Of a DNA stretch of 51,411 bases, positions 9,951-17,801 are shown piece by piece (the first letter of the stretch is position 1; each line of letters opens with the position of its first letter). The notes beneath the pieces are model-generated. The model had not been told where the DNA came from. It saw nothing but the letters and a program-made list of their open reading frames with translations, and did not search any database. The position numbers and the translations under genes are program-made. Source of the DNA: an uncultured Gammaproteobacteria bacterium (lineage in GTDB: Bacteria > Patescibacteriota > Microgenomatia > UBA12405 > JAHJSD01); contig CAZCGQ010000005.1 in the NCBI GenBank assembly GCA_964498425.1, forward strand, positions 1 to 51,411. The letters are read 5' to 3'.

Positions 9951-10400
9951 CTATTTAATATGAATAATTTTGCCAGTAACTAAAATGGGATCTCTAGCTC
10001 CTCCCTTACCCACTTCATACGCAAATTTTTCGCCGGCTTCCTTTCCAATTATTGACATGCCAAAGGCAGTCTTATCAGAAACTACTTTGCTACGAAAACC
10101 TAATACATCTACCCTTGTTTCTGAACTGGTTACTAAATAGTCTTCAGTTTCTTCTTCATCGTCAAATAGAACAGACACAAAGGATGGGATTTCAATTTTC
10201 TCCGGAGTTTCTTCTGGAGCTCTGGAGAGAGTTATTTTAAGCTCCTCTAATCGAACTCTCCTTTCTTTTTCAACGCCGCAGGCATTATCAAAAGGGTCAA
10301 ATATACCCGAACTATTATTCCAATTTCTTTCTGACAATTGTCGGCAATCCTCAATGTCCGCCTCGATTAGTTCAATTACCTTAGCAAAACGCTCAGACAT
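9951..10400 (-). CDS. GreA/GreB C-terminal-domain protein (Gre-factor or Rnk-like)
   Basis: 149 aa. The C-terminal half (VSVLFDDEEETEDYLVTSSE...VSDKTAFGMSIIGKEAGEKFAY...ILVTGKIIHI) follows the GreA C-terminal-domain pattern. The N-terminal half is acidic/helical but not a canonical Gre coiled coil. Confidence 0.5.
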   Translation of the reverse strand: MSERFAKVIELIEADIEDCRQLSERNWNNSSGIFDPFDNACGVEKERRVRLEELKITLSRAPEETPEKIEIPSFVSVLFDDEEETEDYLVTSSETRVDVLGFRSKVVSDKTAFGMSIIGKEAGEKFAYEVGKGGARDPILVTGKIIHIK

Positions 10401-10436
10401 ATTTTAATAGTATATAACATTATTTACTGCTATACA

Positions 10437-10489
10437 ATCCCAAGGTTCAAACCTAACCAACCTTCAAGGTTAATTTGTACTTGAACCTT
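10437..10489. repeat. REP-like double-hairpin element, copy 1
   Basis: Sequence atcccAAGGTTcaaacctaaccAACCTTcAAGGTTaatttgtacttgAACCTT. It contains two tandem hairpins with AAGGTT/AACCTT stems. 3 mismatches to copy 3 over 53 nt. Confidence 0.8.
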
Positions 10490-10516
10490 AATAAAATTAT
10501 GTACTATACTTAATTA

Positions 10517-11242
10517 ATGCCGGGGAGAAAAGTTCCTCTTGTAACAAGTTACTTCTACCATGTTTATAATCGAGGCGTTGAGGGACGTCCAACTTACACA
10601 TCAACCCTAGAATACAGAAGATTTTTGGACCTAATTAACTATTATCGATTTGAAAAGCCACCTACCAGTTATTCAAATTACAAGAATTATCCTAAAGAAA
10701 GAAAAATTGAAATTATGAATGAACTAAAAAACCAGCAAAAGACTCAAGTGGAAATTATTAATTATTGTTTAATGCCCAATCATTTTCATTTACTCTTAAA
10801 TCAAACAGCAGAAGATGGAATTTCAAATTTTATGAGCAAACTCCAGAATGGATACACGAAATATTTCAATAAAAGAAACAATCGTTATGGTTCACTTTTC
10901 CAAGGCAGATTTAAGTCAATAATAATTGAGTCCGAAAATCAATTACTTCATGTATTTCGATATATCGTTTTAAACCCATATTCAGCAGCAGTTGTGAAAA
11001 ATATTGAGAAATTATGTGAATATCCTTGGATACCATTAAAGGAATATCTGGAAAATTTTAGGAAAGAAAAATTATTAAATAAAAAAATTATACTGAATTT
11101 ATTTAGCAATGCGAGTAGTTTTAAAGACTTTATATTTGATTATGCCGATTATCAAAAGAAATTGGAAGTAATTAAGCATTTAACCTTAGAAAAATCAATC
11201 CTAACTTCCCAAGGTTCAAACCTAAACAACCTTCAAGGTTAA
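10517..11242 (+). CDS. REP-associated tyrosine transposase (RAYT) / IS200-like Y1 HUH transposase
   Basis: 241 aa. HUH motif in NYCLMPNHFHLLLN and catalytic-Tyr region HVFRYIVLNPYSA. The last 11 codons and the stop lie inside REP-like copy 2. Confidence 0.8.
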   Translation: MPGRKVPLVTSYFYHVYNRGVEGRPTYTSTLEYRRFLDLINYYRFEKPPTSYSNYKNYPKERKIEIMNELKNQQKTQVEIINYCLMPNHFHLLLNQTAEDGISNFMSKLQNGYTKYFNKRNNRYGSLFQGRFKSIIIESENQLLHVFRYIVLNPYSAAVVKNIEKLCEYPWIPLKEYLENFRKEKLLNKKIILNLFSNASSFKDFIFDYADYQKKLEVIKHLTLEKSILTSQGSNLNNLQG

Positions 11243-11258
11243 TCCCTACCTGAACCTT
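11206..11258. repeat. REP-like double-hairpin element, copy 2
   Basis: ttcccaaggttcaaacctaaacaaccttcaaggttaatccctacctgaacctt, in the same orientation as copies 1 and 3. 4 mismatches to copy 3. Confidence 0.8.
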
Positions 11259-11532
11259 CTCTATCTGTTTCAATTATTGACCTTGTTCTGGCGAGCAAAG
11301 CCGTCCGTTTCTGTCCTGGAGTTTCAGCTTTTATTCTTTCTGAGTTATGAAGCCTTGTTGGCAGCCATGTTTCAACAAGCGGATGCATATAGCCATTTGA
11401 AGTTAGTGACTCTCTTGCAGCAACCCCAATTGACTGTTCCTCACCAACTGACCTTCCCCACTGCCTATGACAATTAAGAAGTTTTAGAAAATCCCTATCT
11501 AACTTAGGTGGATTATCAATTCTTTCTAACAC
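11239..11532 (-). CDS. Hypothetical 97-aa ORF in a GC-enriched segment (coding status doubtful)
   Basis: The ORF exists, but its R/G/E/T-rich composition differs from the K/I/L/F-rich neighbours. Its last 6 codons and stop come from REP-like copy 2. No motif recognised. Confidence 0.25.
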   Translation of the reverse strand: MLERIDNPPKLDRDFLKLLNCHRQWGRSVGEEQSIGVAARESLTSNGYMHPLVETWLPTRLHNSERIKAETPGQKRTALLARTRSIIETDREGSGRD

Positions 11533-11585
11533 GTCTTAATTATAAATTCTATGACCACTAAAATCAACAATAAGCCAAAATCATA

Positions 11586-11638
11586 ATCCCAAGGTTCAAA
11601 CCTAATCAACCTTCAAGGTTAATCTGTACCTGAACCTT
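11586..11638. repeat. REP-like double-hairpin element, copy 3
   Basis: atcccaaggttcaaacctaatcaaccttcaaggttaatctgtacctgaacctt. Supplies the last codons (QGSGTD) and the stop of the GT2 ORF 11619..12518. Confidence 0.8.
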
Positions 11639-12518
11639 GTTTAGTATGTAATTCCCAAAATTTAATGTAGGCGGTGAGATGGTGAAGACCGGAATAGGCG
11701 GAGAAAACGAATCCTGGAAAACCGTCTAGAAATCCTTTATGACGAACAAATAATGACCAGAAAGTTTTTTCCGCCTTAAAATAGGCTTTCAAAAATTGCC
11801 AGAAGCTAGGTTTTAATCCTGAATCCAATAATTCCTGGGCAGTCAAACTGGTATAACGATTAGATCGGGATAAATACTTCTTGAAACTAGTATCAGCGTA
11901 ATGCAAAAGATCATTTTCCAACCAAGCCAACTGTCCATCAATTTCTATTTGTTCATGAACTGATTTACAAGGGAAGTTAGCTTTACCTTTTTTTATCAGA
12001 CGGACTACACCATCAGGGTAAGCCGCAGTATGCATCAAAAAACGATCAAGAAAATAATTTTTTCTTGGTACAAAAAAAGCTGAAATTTCCTCGGTATCTT
12101 TTCCATATTTACCATCCCTTTCTTCCAGTAAGTGTTGATGACGATTAAATAACCTTGTTTTTTTAGAATCCAACTTGCGATTTTTAATTTCATCATTCGA
12201 CATGTTTATCACCTCGGAAATTTCTTTAGCCAGCTCAGGGGAAACAACCTCATCTGCGTCAAGTTGAAGAATCCACTCACCTTGACATTTATCTATTGCC
12301 ATTTGTTTGTTGACGTGAAAAATTGGTTTATTCGTCGTCTTTATTACTTCCGCGCCGTGTTCTCGGGCAATTTTACGAGTTTTGTCAGTTGAACTACCGT
12401 CAACAATAATAATTTCATCCGCCAGATGCTTGACTGCATCTAGACATCTACCAATATTCTTTTCCTCATTGTAGGTGGCAATCGCCACAGATAATTTGTA
12501 TTTAGTATTTTGAACCAT
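11619..12518 (-). CDS. GT2-family glycosyltransferase (KdtX/WaaE-like subtype)
   Basis: 299 aa with LSVAIATYNEEKNIGRCLDAVKHLADEIIIVDGSSTDKTRKIAREHGAEV and LQLDADE. Same architecture as ORFs 29925..30722 and 31627..32574. Confidence 0.8.
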   Translation of the reverse strand: MVQNTKYKLSVAIATYNEEKNIGRCLDAVKHLADEIIIVDGSSTDKTRKIAREHGAEVIKTTNKPIFHVNKQMAIDKCQGEWILQLDADEVVSPELAKEISEVINMSNDEIKNRKLDSKKTRLFNRHQHLLEERDGKYGKDTEEISAFFVPRKNYFLDRFLMHTAAYPDGVVRLIKKGKANFPCKSVHEQIEIDGQLAWLENDLLHYADTSFKKYLSRSNRYTSLTAQELLDSGLKPSFWQFLKAYFKAEKTFWSLFVRHKGFLDGFPGFVFSAYSGLHHLTAYIKFWELHTKQGSGTD

Positions 12519-12521
12519 GTA

Positions 12522-12908
12522 CTATGAACTTCGGGATTTTAATCCATTAACACCTTTTAATAAGCCTGAAAGCAACTTTTGAGACGTTACCGTCTGTTCA
12601 GCAATTTTACCAAATTCTACGTTATCAATATACCCAACATCTCTTGCGATCAATAATTGATTTTGAAGCTCGGTAAGTGATGCTTTAGATATCAAATAAA
12701 ATTGAATCTTCTCTTTTTTCCCTCTCCTAGTAAAACCTTCTGCAATATTTGACGTTACCGAAATAGCCGCACGAATGATTTGATCCTCTAATCTGTACCT
12801 CTCTTTTCTGGGAAAATTATCAACCACTTTGTAAATCATCAAAACCAAATTATGTGCTTCTTTCCAAGTATTTAGCTGAGTAAAACTTTGAATTTTCTTT
12901 TTATGCAT
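12522..12908 (-). CDS. Four-helix-bundle protein (23S rRNA intervening-sequence protein / Avd-like family)
   Basis: 128 aa. FPRKERYRLEDQIIRAAISVTSNIAEGFTRRGKKEKIQFYLISKASLTELQNQLLIA is the hallmark of this family. Confidence 0.85.
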   Translation of the reverse strand: MHKKKIQSFTQLNTWKEAHNLVLMIYKVVDNFPRKERYRLEDQIIRAAISVTSNIAEGFTRRGKKEKIQFYLISKASLTELQNQLLIARDVGYIDNVEFGKIAEQTVTSQKLLSGLLKGVNGLKSRSS

Positions 12909-12917
12909 TTTTCCCTC

Positions 12918-12938
12918 TGTTCAATGTTCTATGTTCCA
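12918..12938. repeat. 7-bp tandem array (TGTTCnA x3), intergenic
   Basis: tgttcaa tgttcta tgttcca, located 10 nt upstream of the four-helix-bundle gene start. Its reverse complement belongs to the TAGAAnn family. Confidence 0.6.
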
Positions 12939-12944
12939 AATACA

Positions 12945-14486
12945 TTATTCGTATATTTGTGTCTGCGGAAATTCTTTAACTAGTCTACCATTTTTCGGCG
13001 GTTGATTTGAAAAAGTATACCTGTCAAACTGGCGGACCGTAGAGAAACCAAACTCATCCGGAGGGGTTAGTTCAATTTCTGCCTGCATTTTTTCCGGCGA
13101 ATATTTAGAATAAAAAGCGGTCAAAATGTAGGGCTGATCATGTTTGGTAACAATTGTAAACGCCTGATTAGGCTGTTCAACCATCCACTTTACCGCCTCT
13201 TGATAACCTCGTGGCCAAGCGGTAGGATACCGTTGCAAATAATGTACAAAATAATTGTTCCACCAAAGCATTATCCCCCACAAATAACCACAAATTATCA
13301 ACCCGCAACCTGTAACTCGTAACAATTTCCCCTTTATGCATAATAACTTTTTACACCCGTAAGCGGTAAAAAAGGTTAGTGGAATGACCATCGACAATGA
13401 CCTTAAGGCTGACGGTGCCTGAAAGGTTAATGAGGATGCTACTGGCGTTAAAATAACTAATAAGACAGGCAAGTACTTATCCTTCATCTTGCTTTTAATA
13501 AACTTCCAACCACCAACGACTAGCCACAACCCGCTAATTAAATGCATTTGACCCATTCCTGGAATTTTACTTCTCGGCACTTCATCTCCAGAAATAAACA
13601 AGAAATTACCATTAAAATGTGAAAAATAATTTTCGGTTAATGAGATTACATAACCCAGATATCGATTATGGAAAATTGTTGGTACTAAACTATCCGTATT
13701 TTGATGCTGGGCTCTTAGTTCGTTAATTCGCCATAAAGGTCCGGTATCCGCAAACAATCCTACTCCAGAAAAACGAGAACTTGCTCCCCCACTTAAAAAT
13801 GAAACTGCTAAAGGAACAATTAGAATAAATCCGACAATAATTGGCAAGTACAACTTCTTTTTTAACTGCCATAATTTCTGAAAATTAAAAATAGCTAATC
13901 CCAAAAAAAGTAAAGGAGCGATTAATCGTGCACTGTGATAAACATACATACTCGCAATCAGCGATAGAATTGAAAATTGAAAATTGAAAATTGAAAATTC
14001 ACGACTTTTTTTAATAGCAGCAAAGAAAAAGTATATCCCTAGAGTAATAAAAAAAGTCGCTGTATTACTTTCCCAACCACCGCGTGAAAAATGGAGATGC
14101 CAAGGAGACACTGCTAATAAAAAAGCCCAAGCCAGCCCTAATTTGCGGTCATTCCAAATAAGCATGGACAGTTTATAGACAAGAAAAATAGTTAATAGCG
14201 ATAAAATTACTGCCGGCAGTCGAACAGCAAAGGTATTTAATCCCAAAATCGCTACTGAAGGTAAAACTAAATAAAAGTACCCCCCCGGTTTAAAGTCCCC
14301 AAAAGACTTAAAATCTACCGGCCAAGAAACACCGTGCTCGTCACGGCCTGTCTTCAACAAACTGTATACATTATAACCAATTGCTGCCTCATCAGCATTT
14401 AGCGGCGGATAACTTCCAATCCGATAAAACCTAAGGAAGGATGCCAAAATCAAAATAATAATTAAATAAATAGTTGTTTTCCTCAT
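12945..14486 (-). CDS. GT-C membrane glycosyltransferase, PMT/ArnT-like (GT39/GT83-type), tandem paralogue 1
   Basis: 513 aa. Loop-1 motif YPPLNADEAAIGYNVYSLLKTGRDEHG, then SPWHLHFSRGGWE. About 11 helices plus a C-terminal soluble domain (GYQEAVKWM...PYILTAFYSKY). Confidence 0.75.
   Translation of the reverse strand: MRKTTIYLIIILILASFLRFYRIGSYPPLNADEAAIGYNVYSLLKTGRDEHGVSWPVDFKSFGDFKPGGYFYLVLPSVAILGLNTFAVRLPAVILSLLTIFLVYKLSMLIWNDRKLGLAWAFLLAVSPWHLHFSRGGWESNTATFFITLGIYFFFAAIKKSREFSIFNFQFSILSLIASMYVYHSARLIAPLLFLGLAIFNFQKLWQLKKKLYLPIIVGFILIVPLAVSFLSGGASSRFSGVGLFADTGPLWRINELRAQHQNTDSLVPTIFHNRYLGYVISLTENYFSHFNGNFLFISGDEVPRSKIPGMGQMHLISGLWLVVGGWKFIKSKMKDKYLPVLLVILTPVASSLTFQAPSALRSLSMVIPLTFFTAYGCKKLLCIKGKLLRVTGCGLIICGYLWGIMLWWNNYFVHYLQRYPTAWPRGYQEAVKWMVEQPNQAFTIVTKHDQPYILTAFYSKYSPEKMQAEIELTPPDEFGFSTVRQFDRYTFSNQPPKNGRLVKEFPQTQIYE
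13964..13999. repeat. 7-bp tandem array (TGAAAAT x4 perfect plus 1 degenerate)
   Basis: Four perfect units occupy 13971-13998. Sense strand encodes IFNFQFS inside paralogue 1. Confidence 0.9.
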
Positions 14487-16180
14487 TGACTTCCTCCCTC
14501 ATAACCATAAAACATTGTTTTCCCGCCAATTGTGCCAATTGCCTCCAAATTGTTAAAAACTGGCTTACCTTCCAATTCATTTCTAAACATCTCATCCTCA
14601 GAAATAATCAATAATAAATCTTTATTTTTTGAGTCTTCACCCCAGTTAATTGGCTCAAAACTTATCTTGTCAATTTGCCTAACTCTACCAACGTCAACCT
14701 GATTAGATTCTTCAAAAAACGCTTGATTTTGGAATTTAACTGGTGGGTACTTAGAGTAAAACAAATAAAAAATATGGGGTTGGCCATAAAAATCCGTCAT
14801 TTTAATCTCTTTAAAATTTCCTTTCTTATCATTGATATAGTTCACAGCCTGCTGATGCCCGTAAAGCCACTGTTTAGGATTAAGCTTGACCAAATGGTTG
14901 TAATAAAGGTCTAAATAATAACCCCCGTCCAGCATAACGAAAATGAATAAGATAACTAGTCCGCAACTCGCCCACCTTGCCGCAAGGTAGGTAACACGTA
15001 AGAATTTAATTTTAAATAACTCATTTAATCCATAAGCAATAAAAAAGCTAATTGCAATAATCGTTGGTAAAGCCCGAACCGAAGAAACTGAATCTCGTGT
15101 TAAAACTGAAGGCAGAGGAATTATAACCAACCAATAAAGCCAAAAATTCTCCTGCCAGCGTTTATTTTTACTGACAAAAAATATTAGGCCTAAAATTAGC
15201 AAAATAAATCCTAGATGACCAATTACCCCAAAATAAGGTGCCGAATGTCTGGCATTTTGCCAGTCCCCTTCAAAGGCCAAAAAGCGCGGAGAAAAATGAT
15301 TGAAATAACGAGACAAACCACCTCGCAAAAAATGCAACCACTCACCATGGAATAAATTGTAATGAATACTTTTTTTTTCTATTTGGTCCTCAAATAAAAT
15401 TTGGTTTACTTCTTGGTCTGGCCGGTGATATGAAAATAAGCTGGCTACCTTTAAGCGATTGCTTGCCGGACCAGAAAAGGAAGCAGTGTACCACCAAGCG
15501 GCGAGTATCAGGAATATTGAACTTAGAACATAGAACTTAGGGATAAGAATATTTTTCCACCCCCCCGGTTCTTGGTTCATGGTTCTAACCCACAGATACA
15601 CCAATCCCAGTCCAACCAACGGAACAACCATCTTCGCGCCCTGGTAAGTCACCAAAGCAAAAATAAAGGAAATTAACCCGGCAATGAGCCATTGACATTT
15701 ATCGTTGCTTATCCACTTAACAATTGCATAGGAACCAACCGTTATTAAAAAGGTCATTACGTTCGTCTCCCAAGCACCGCGAGAAAAGTGAATATGCCAA
15801 GGCATCAGTGCCAATACTCCAGCACTGATTAGTGATAGACGGTCACTTTTACTAATTTCTCTAACCAAAAGATATAAAATAAACGGTGTCAAACTACCTA
15901 AAATAATTGAAGGAAGTCGAACAGCTAATTGGTTTAGGCCCAAAATCCCGACAAACGGAATCGATAAATAAATATATAAGCCAGGTTTATAATCACCAAA
16001 AGACTTAAAAATTAACGGCATGAACTGACCGTATTCATCCTTACCAGTTTTTAAAATTGAATAAGCATTGTAACCCAAGCTTGCCTCATCCCAAAGTAAG
16101 GGAGGATATTGGCCGACCCGATAAATCCTTAATCCAAAACTAATAATTAAAATTAGAATTAAAAAATATTTATTTTTCAT
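14483..16180 (-). CDS. GT-C membrane glycosyltransferase, PMT/ArnT-like, tandem paralogue 2
   Basis: 565 aa with YPPLLWDEASLGYNAYSILKTGKDEYG and MPWHIHFSRGAWE. C-terminal domain LYGHQQAVNYI...QPHIFYLFYSKY. Confidence 0.75.
   Translation of the reverse strand: MKNKYFLILILIISFGLRIYRVGQYPPLLWDEASLGYNAYSILKTGKDEYGQFMPLIFKSFGDYKPGLYIYLSIPFVGILGLNQLAVRLPSIILGSLTPFILYLLVREISKSDRLSLISAGVLALMPWHIHFSRGAWETNVMTFLITVGSYAIVKWISNDKCQWLIAGLISFIFALVTYQGAKMVVPLVGLGLVYLWVRTMNQEPGGWKNILIPKFYVLSSIFLILAAWWYTASFSGPASNRLKVASLFSYHRPDQEVNQILFEDQIEKKSIHYNLFHGEWLHFLRGGLSRYFNHFSPRFLAFEGDWQNARHSAPYFGVIGHLGFILLILGLIFFVSKNKRWQENFWLYWLVIIPLPSVLTRDSVSSVRALPTIIAISFFIAYGLNELFKIKFLRVTYLAARWASCGLVILFIFVMLDGGYYLDLYYNHLVKLNPKQWLYGHQQAVNYINDKKGNFKEIKMTDFYGQPHIFYLFYSKYPPVKFQNQAFFEESNQVDVGRVRQIDKISFEPINWGEDSKNKDLLLIISEDEMFRNELEGKPVFNNLEAIGTIGGKTMFYGYEGGSQ
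15512..15553. repeat. 7-bp tandem array (degenerate GAAnnTA/TAGAAnn x6)
   Basis: gaatatt gaactta gaacata gaactta gggataa gaatatt. Sense strand encodes KFYVLSSIF in paralogue 2. Confidence 0.7.
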
Positions 16181-17801
16181 AGCTTATAATTTCAAAAGCT
16201 GTTTCACCATGCAAAAAGTCAATTTCCCTGACCAACTTTCCACCTTCGATATAATTTCCCGGGCTGGTCACTAATAATATCTTCTCTTCCTCGTCACTAA
16301 CTTTTAACTTTTCCTTTATCTCCCAATTATTCCAAAATTGAAACTTATCAAAACCGTCAACCCAATACCAGTGAGTGTGGTAATCCCATTTTTTGTCTGG
16401 ATCGTTTTGATAATAGCTTGGCTTCCACGGCCAGTGAAATAAAATAAATTCATGTGGTTCGCCATATCTTTTAGTGAAAATAATTTTGTCATATTTACCA
16501 TAATTTTCCTTGACGTAGTTAACCGCTTGTTTATAACCGTATTGCCAGGACCAGGAATAATTAGCCCGATATATCTGCCAGTACTGATTCCACCAAGAAC
16601 CAAAACTAACCAGGGTTATTCCAATAAAAGCCGCAATTACTGCCCACCCTCCCAATTTTGACTTACTCTTCCTAAGAAAGTTTTTAACCTCAATGAGACC
16701 GTAGGCCGAAATAATGGCCGGAACAGGCAGGATGAGAATACTCCTTAAAACGTGAGGAGAATCCTTAGTTATTGCTGAAGGGACGAAACTAACTGCCAAC
16801 CAAAACAACCAAAGGTATTTCTTCTCTCTGATCAGCAAATATACCCCGTAAATTAAAAAAGGAGCGGTTATCAAATAGATTAATTCATGTCCGGGAAATG
16901 AAAATTGATAATTCTCTCCACCGCGAAAAAACAGCCATCTTGGCGAAAAATGCTTAAGGTAATTTTTGAAAGCAGTAGTAGCAAAATATGTTGGCCGATT
17001 AAAGAGTAGTTTTTTGAAAATAAACGGTAAAGAAGATGACCCGCGCCTTTCATTAATTTGATTAACTACCCCTTGGTCAACAATATTTACCCAATATAAT
17101 CTAGCTCGCCCAGATTGGCTGAAAAATTGACTGACTACTGGCAAAGCAAAAAGAACAAAAACAACTGCTGTTAATCCCAATTTCTTAAATTTTCTTTGTT
17201 GAAGTAATTTTGTCAGTAATATAACGCCGGCAACTGGAACTAAAACACGGGCTGAATTATAGGAGTAGACAGACAGTGACCAAAAAATACTGGTAGCCAA
17301 ATAATAGTTATTAAAGAACATTAACCAACCTAATGAAAATAAAAAGACGGCTAAATTTGCTTCTACCGCTACTCGGGATAAAAATAATGCCCAGGGCATC
17401 GTTGCCGTAATAAAAGCAGCCAACAGTCCACCTACCCTGCTTTTAGTTAATTTTTTTGCTAAAAAGTAACTGACCACAATTAACCCGGTTCCAGATAAAA
17501 TTGAAATCAATCTCACTCCAAGTGCATTTAAGCCAAACAACCTTATTATCGGTACTGTTAGGTAAATATACAGAGGAAGTTTAAAATCTCCATAGGCTCT
17601 GAAGATTAATGGAAATGATTTTCCCCACTCATCACGACCAGTTTTTAAAATTGAGTAAGCATTATAACCATGCGATACTTCATCCCAATTTAAAGAGGGG
17701 GGATTGCTACCGATACTGTAAATTCGCAAAAAAAAGCCACCTAAAACAATAAAAATGAAAATTAGGTTAAACTTTGATAATATAGATGGCCGGTTCTTCA
17801 T
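16170..17801 (-). CDS. GT-C membrane glycosyltransferase, PMT/ArnT-like, tandem paralogue 3
   Basis: 543 aa with NPPSLNWDEVSHGYNAYSILKTGRDEWG. C-terminal domain QYGYKQAVNYV...EPHEFILFHW. Confidence 0.75.
   Translation of the reverse strand: MKNRPSILSKFNLIFIFIVLGGFFLRIYSIGSNPPSLNWDEVSHGYNAYSILKTGRDEWGKSFPLIFRAYGDFKLPLYIYLTVPIIRLFGLNALGVRLISILSGTGLIVVSYFLAKKLTKSRVGGLLAAFITATMPWALFLSRVAVEANLAVFLFSLGWLMFFNNYYLATSIFWSLSVYSYNSARVLVPVAGVILLTKLLQQRKFKKLGLTAVVFVLFALPVVSQFFSQSGRARLYWVNIVDQGVVNQINERRGSSSLPFIFKKLLFNRPTYFATTAFKNYLKHFSPRWLFFRGGENYQFSFPGHELIYLITAPFLIYGVYLLIREKKYLWLFWLAVSFVPSAITKDSPHVLRSILILPVPAIISAYGLIEVKNFLRKSKSKLGGWAVIAAFIGITLVSFGSWWNQYWQIYRANYSWSWQYGYKQAVNYVKENYGKYDKIIFTKRYGEPHEFILFHWPWKPSYYQNDPDKKWDYHTHWYWVDGFDKFQFWNNWEIKEKLKVSDEEEKILLVTSPGNYIEGGKLVREIDFLHGETAFEIISYEK

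Larger units (their letters stand above)
10437..11638 (+). mobile_element. RAYT/IS200-like unit: Y1 transposase gene plus three REP-like double-hairpin repeats and a GC-rich segment
   Basis: Three 53-nt direct copies (10437-10489, 11206-11258, 11586-11638) bracket a HUH/Y1 transposase ORF and a compositionally distinct 327-bp segment. The unit interrupts an otherwise continuous minus-strand gene train. Confidence 0.6.

Noticed and set aside
10441-10460. GGTTCAAACC inside the REP-like element resembles a tRNA T-arm (GGTTCAAATCC).
   Set aside because: The flanking bases do not form a 5-bp T-stem, and there is no acceptor, anticodon or D-arm. The motif is part of the AAGGTT/AACCTT hairpin repeats.
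11298-11445. Possible reduced RNase P RNA on the minus strand of the GC-rich segment. GAGGAACAGUC (11426-11445 region) resembles CR-I GAGGAAAGUCC, and ACAGAAACGGACGGCUU (11298-11314) resembles CR-V ACAGAACCCGGCUUA.
   Set aside because: The two motifs cannot base-pair to form the P4 helix. Their spacing (~115-130 nt) is far too short for a bacterial RNase P RNA, and no other conserved regions were seen. SRP RNA and tmRNA look-alikes (GGUCAG...GGAAC; no GGGG...CCACCA ends) also fail. It is kept only as an unexplained GC-rich segment.
11277-11477. 66-aa plus-strand ORF in the GC-rich segment.
   Set aside because: It has no motifs and overlaps the equally doubtful 97-aa minus-strand ORF, so there is no basis to prefer it.
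12522-12908. Diversity-generating retroelement, suggested by the Avd-like four-helix-bundle gene.
   Set aside because: No reverse transcriptase ORF and no recognisable template/variable repeat pair occur in the window. The family is also widespread outside DGRs.
16316-16603. 95-aa minus-strand ORF nested in PMT-like paralogue 3. Similar same-strand nested ORFs lie at 23695..23922, 24762..24980, 30215..30421 and 39269..39469.
   Set aside because: These are alternative-frame ORFs wholly inside longer ORFs that carry family motifs, and nothing supports independent coding.
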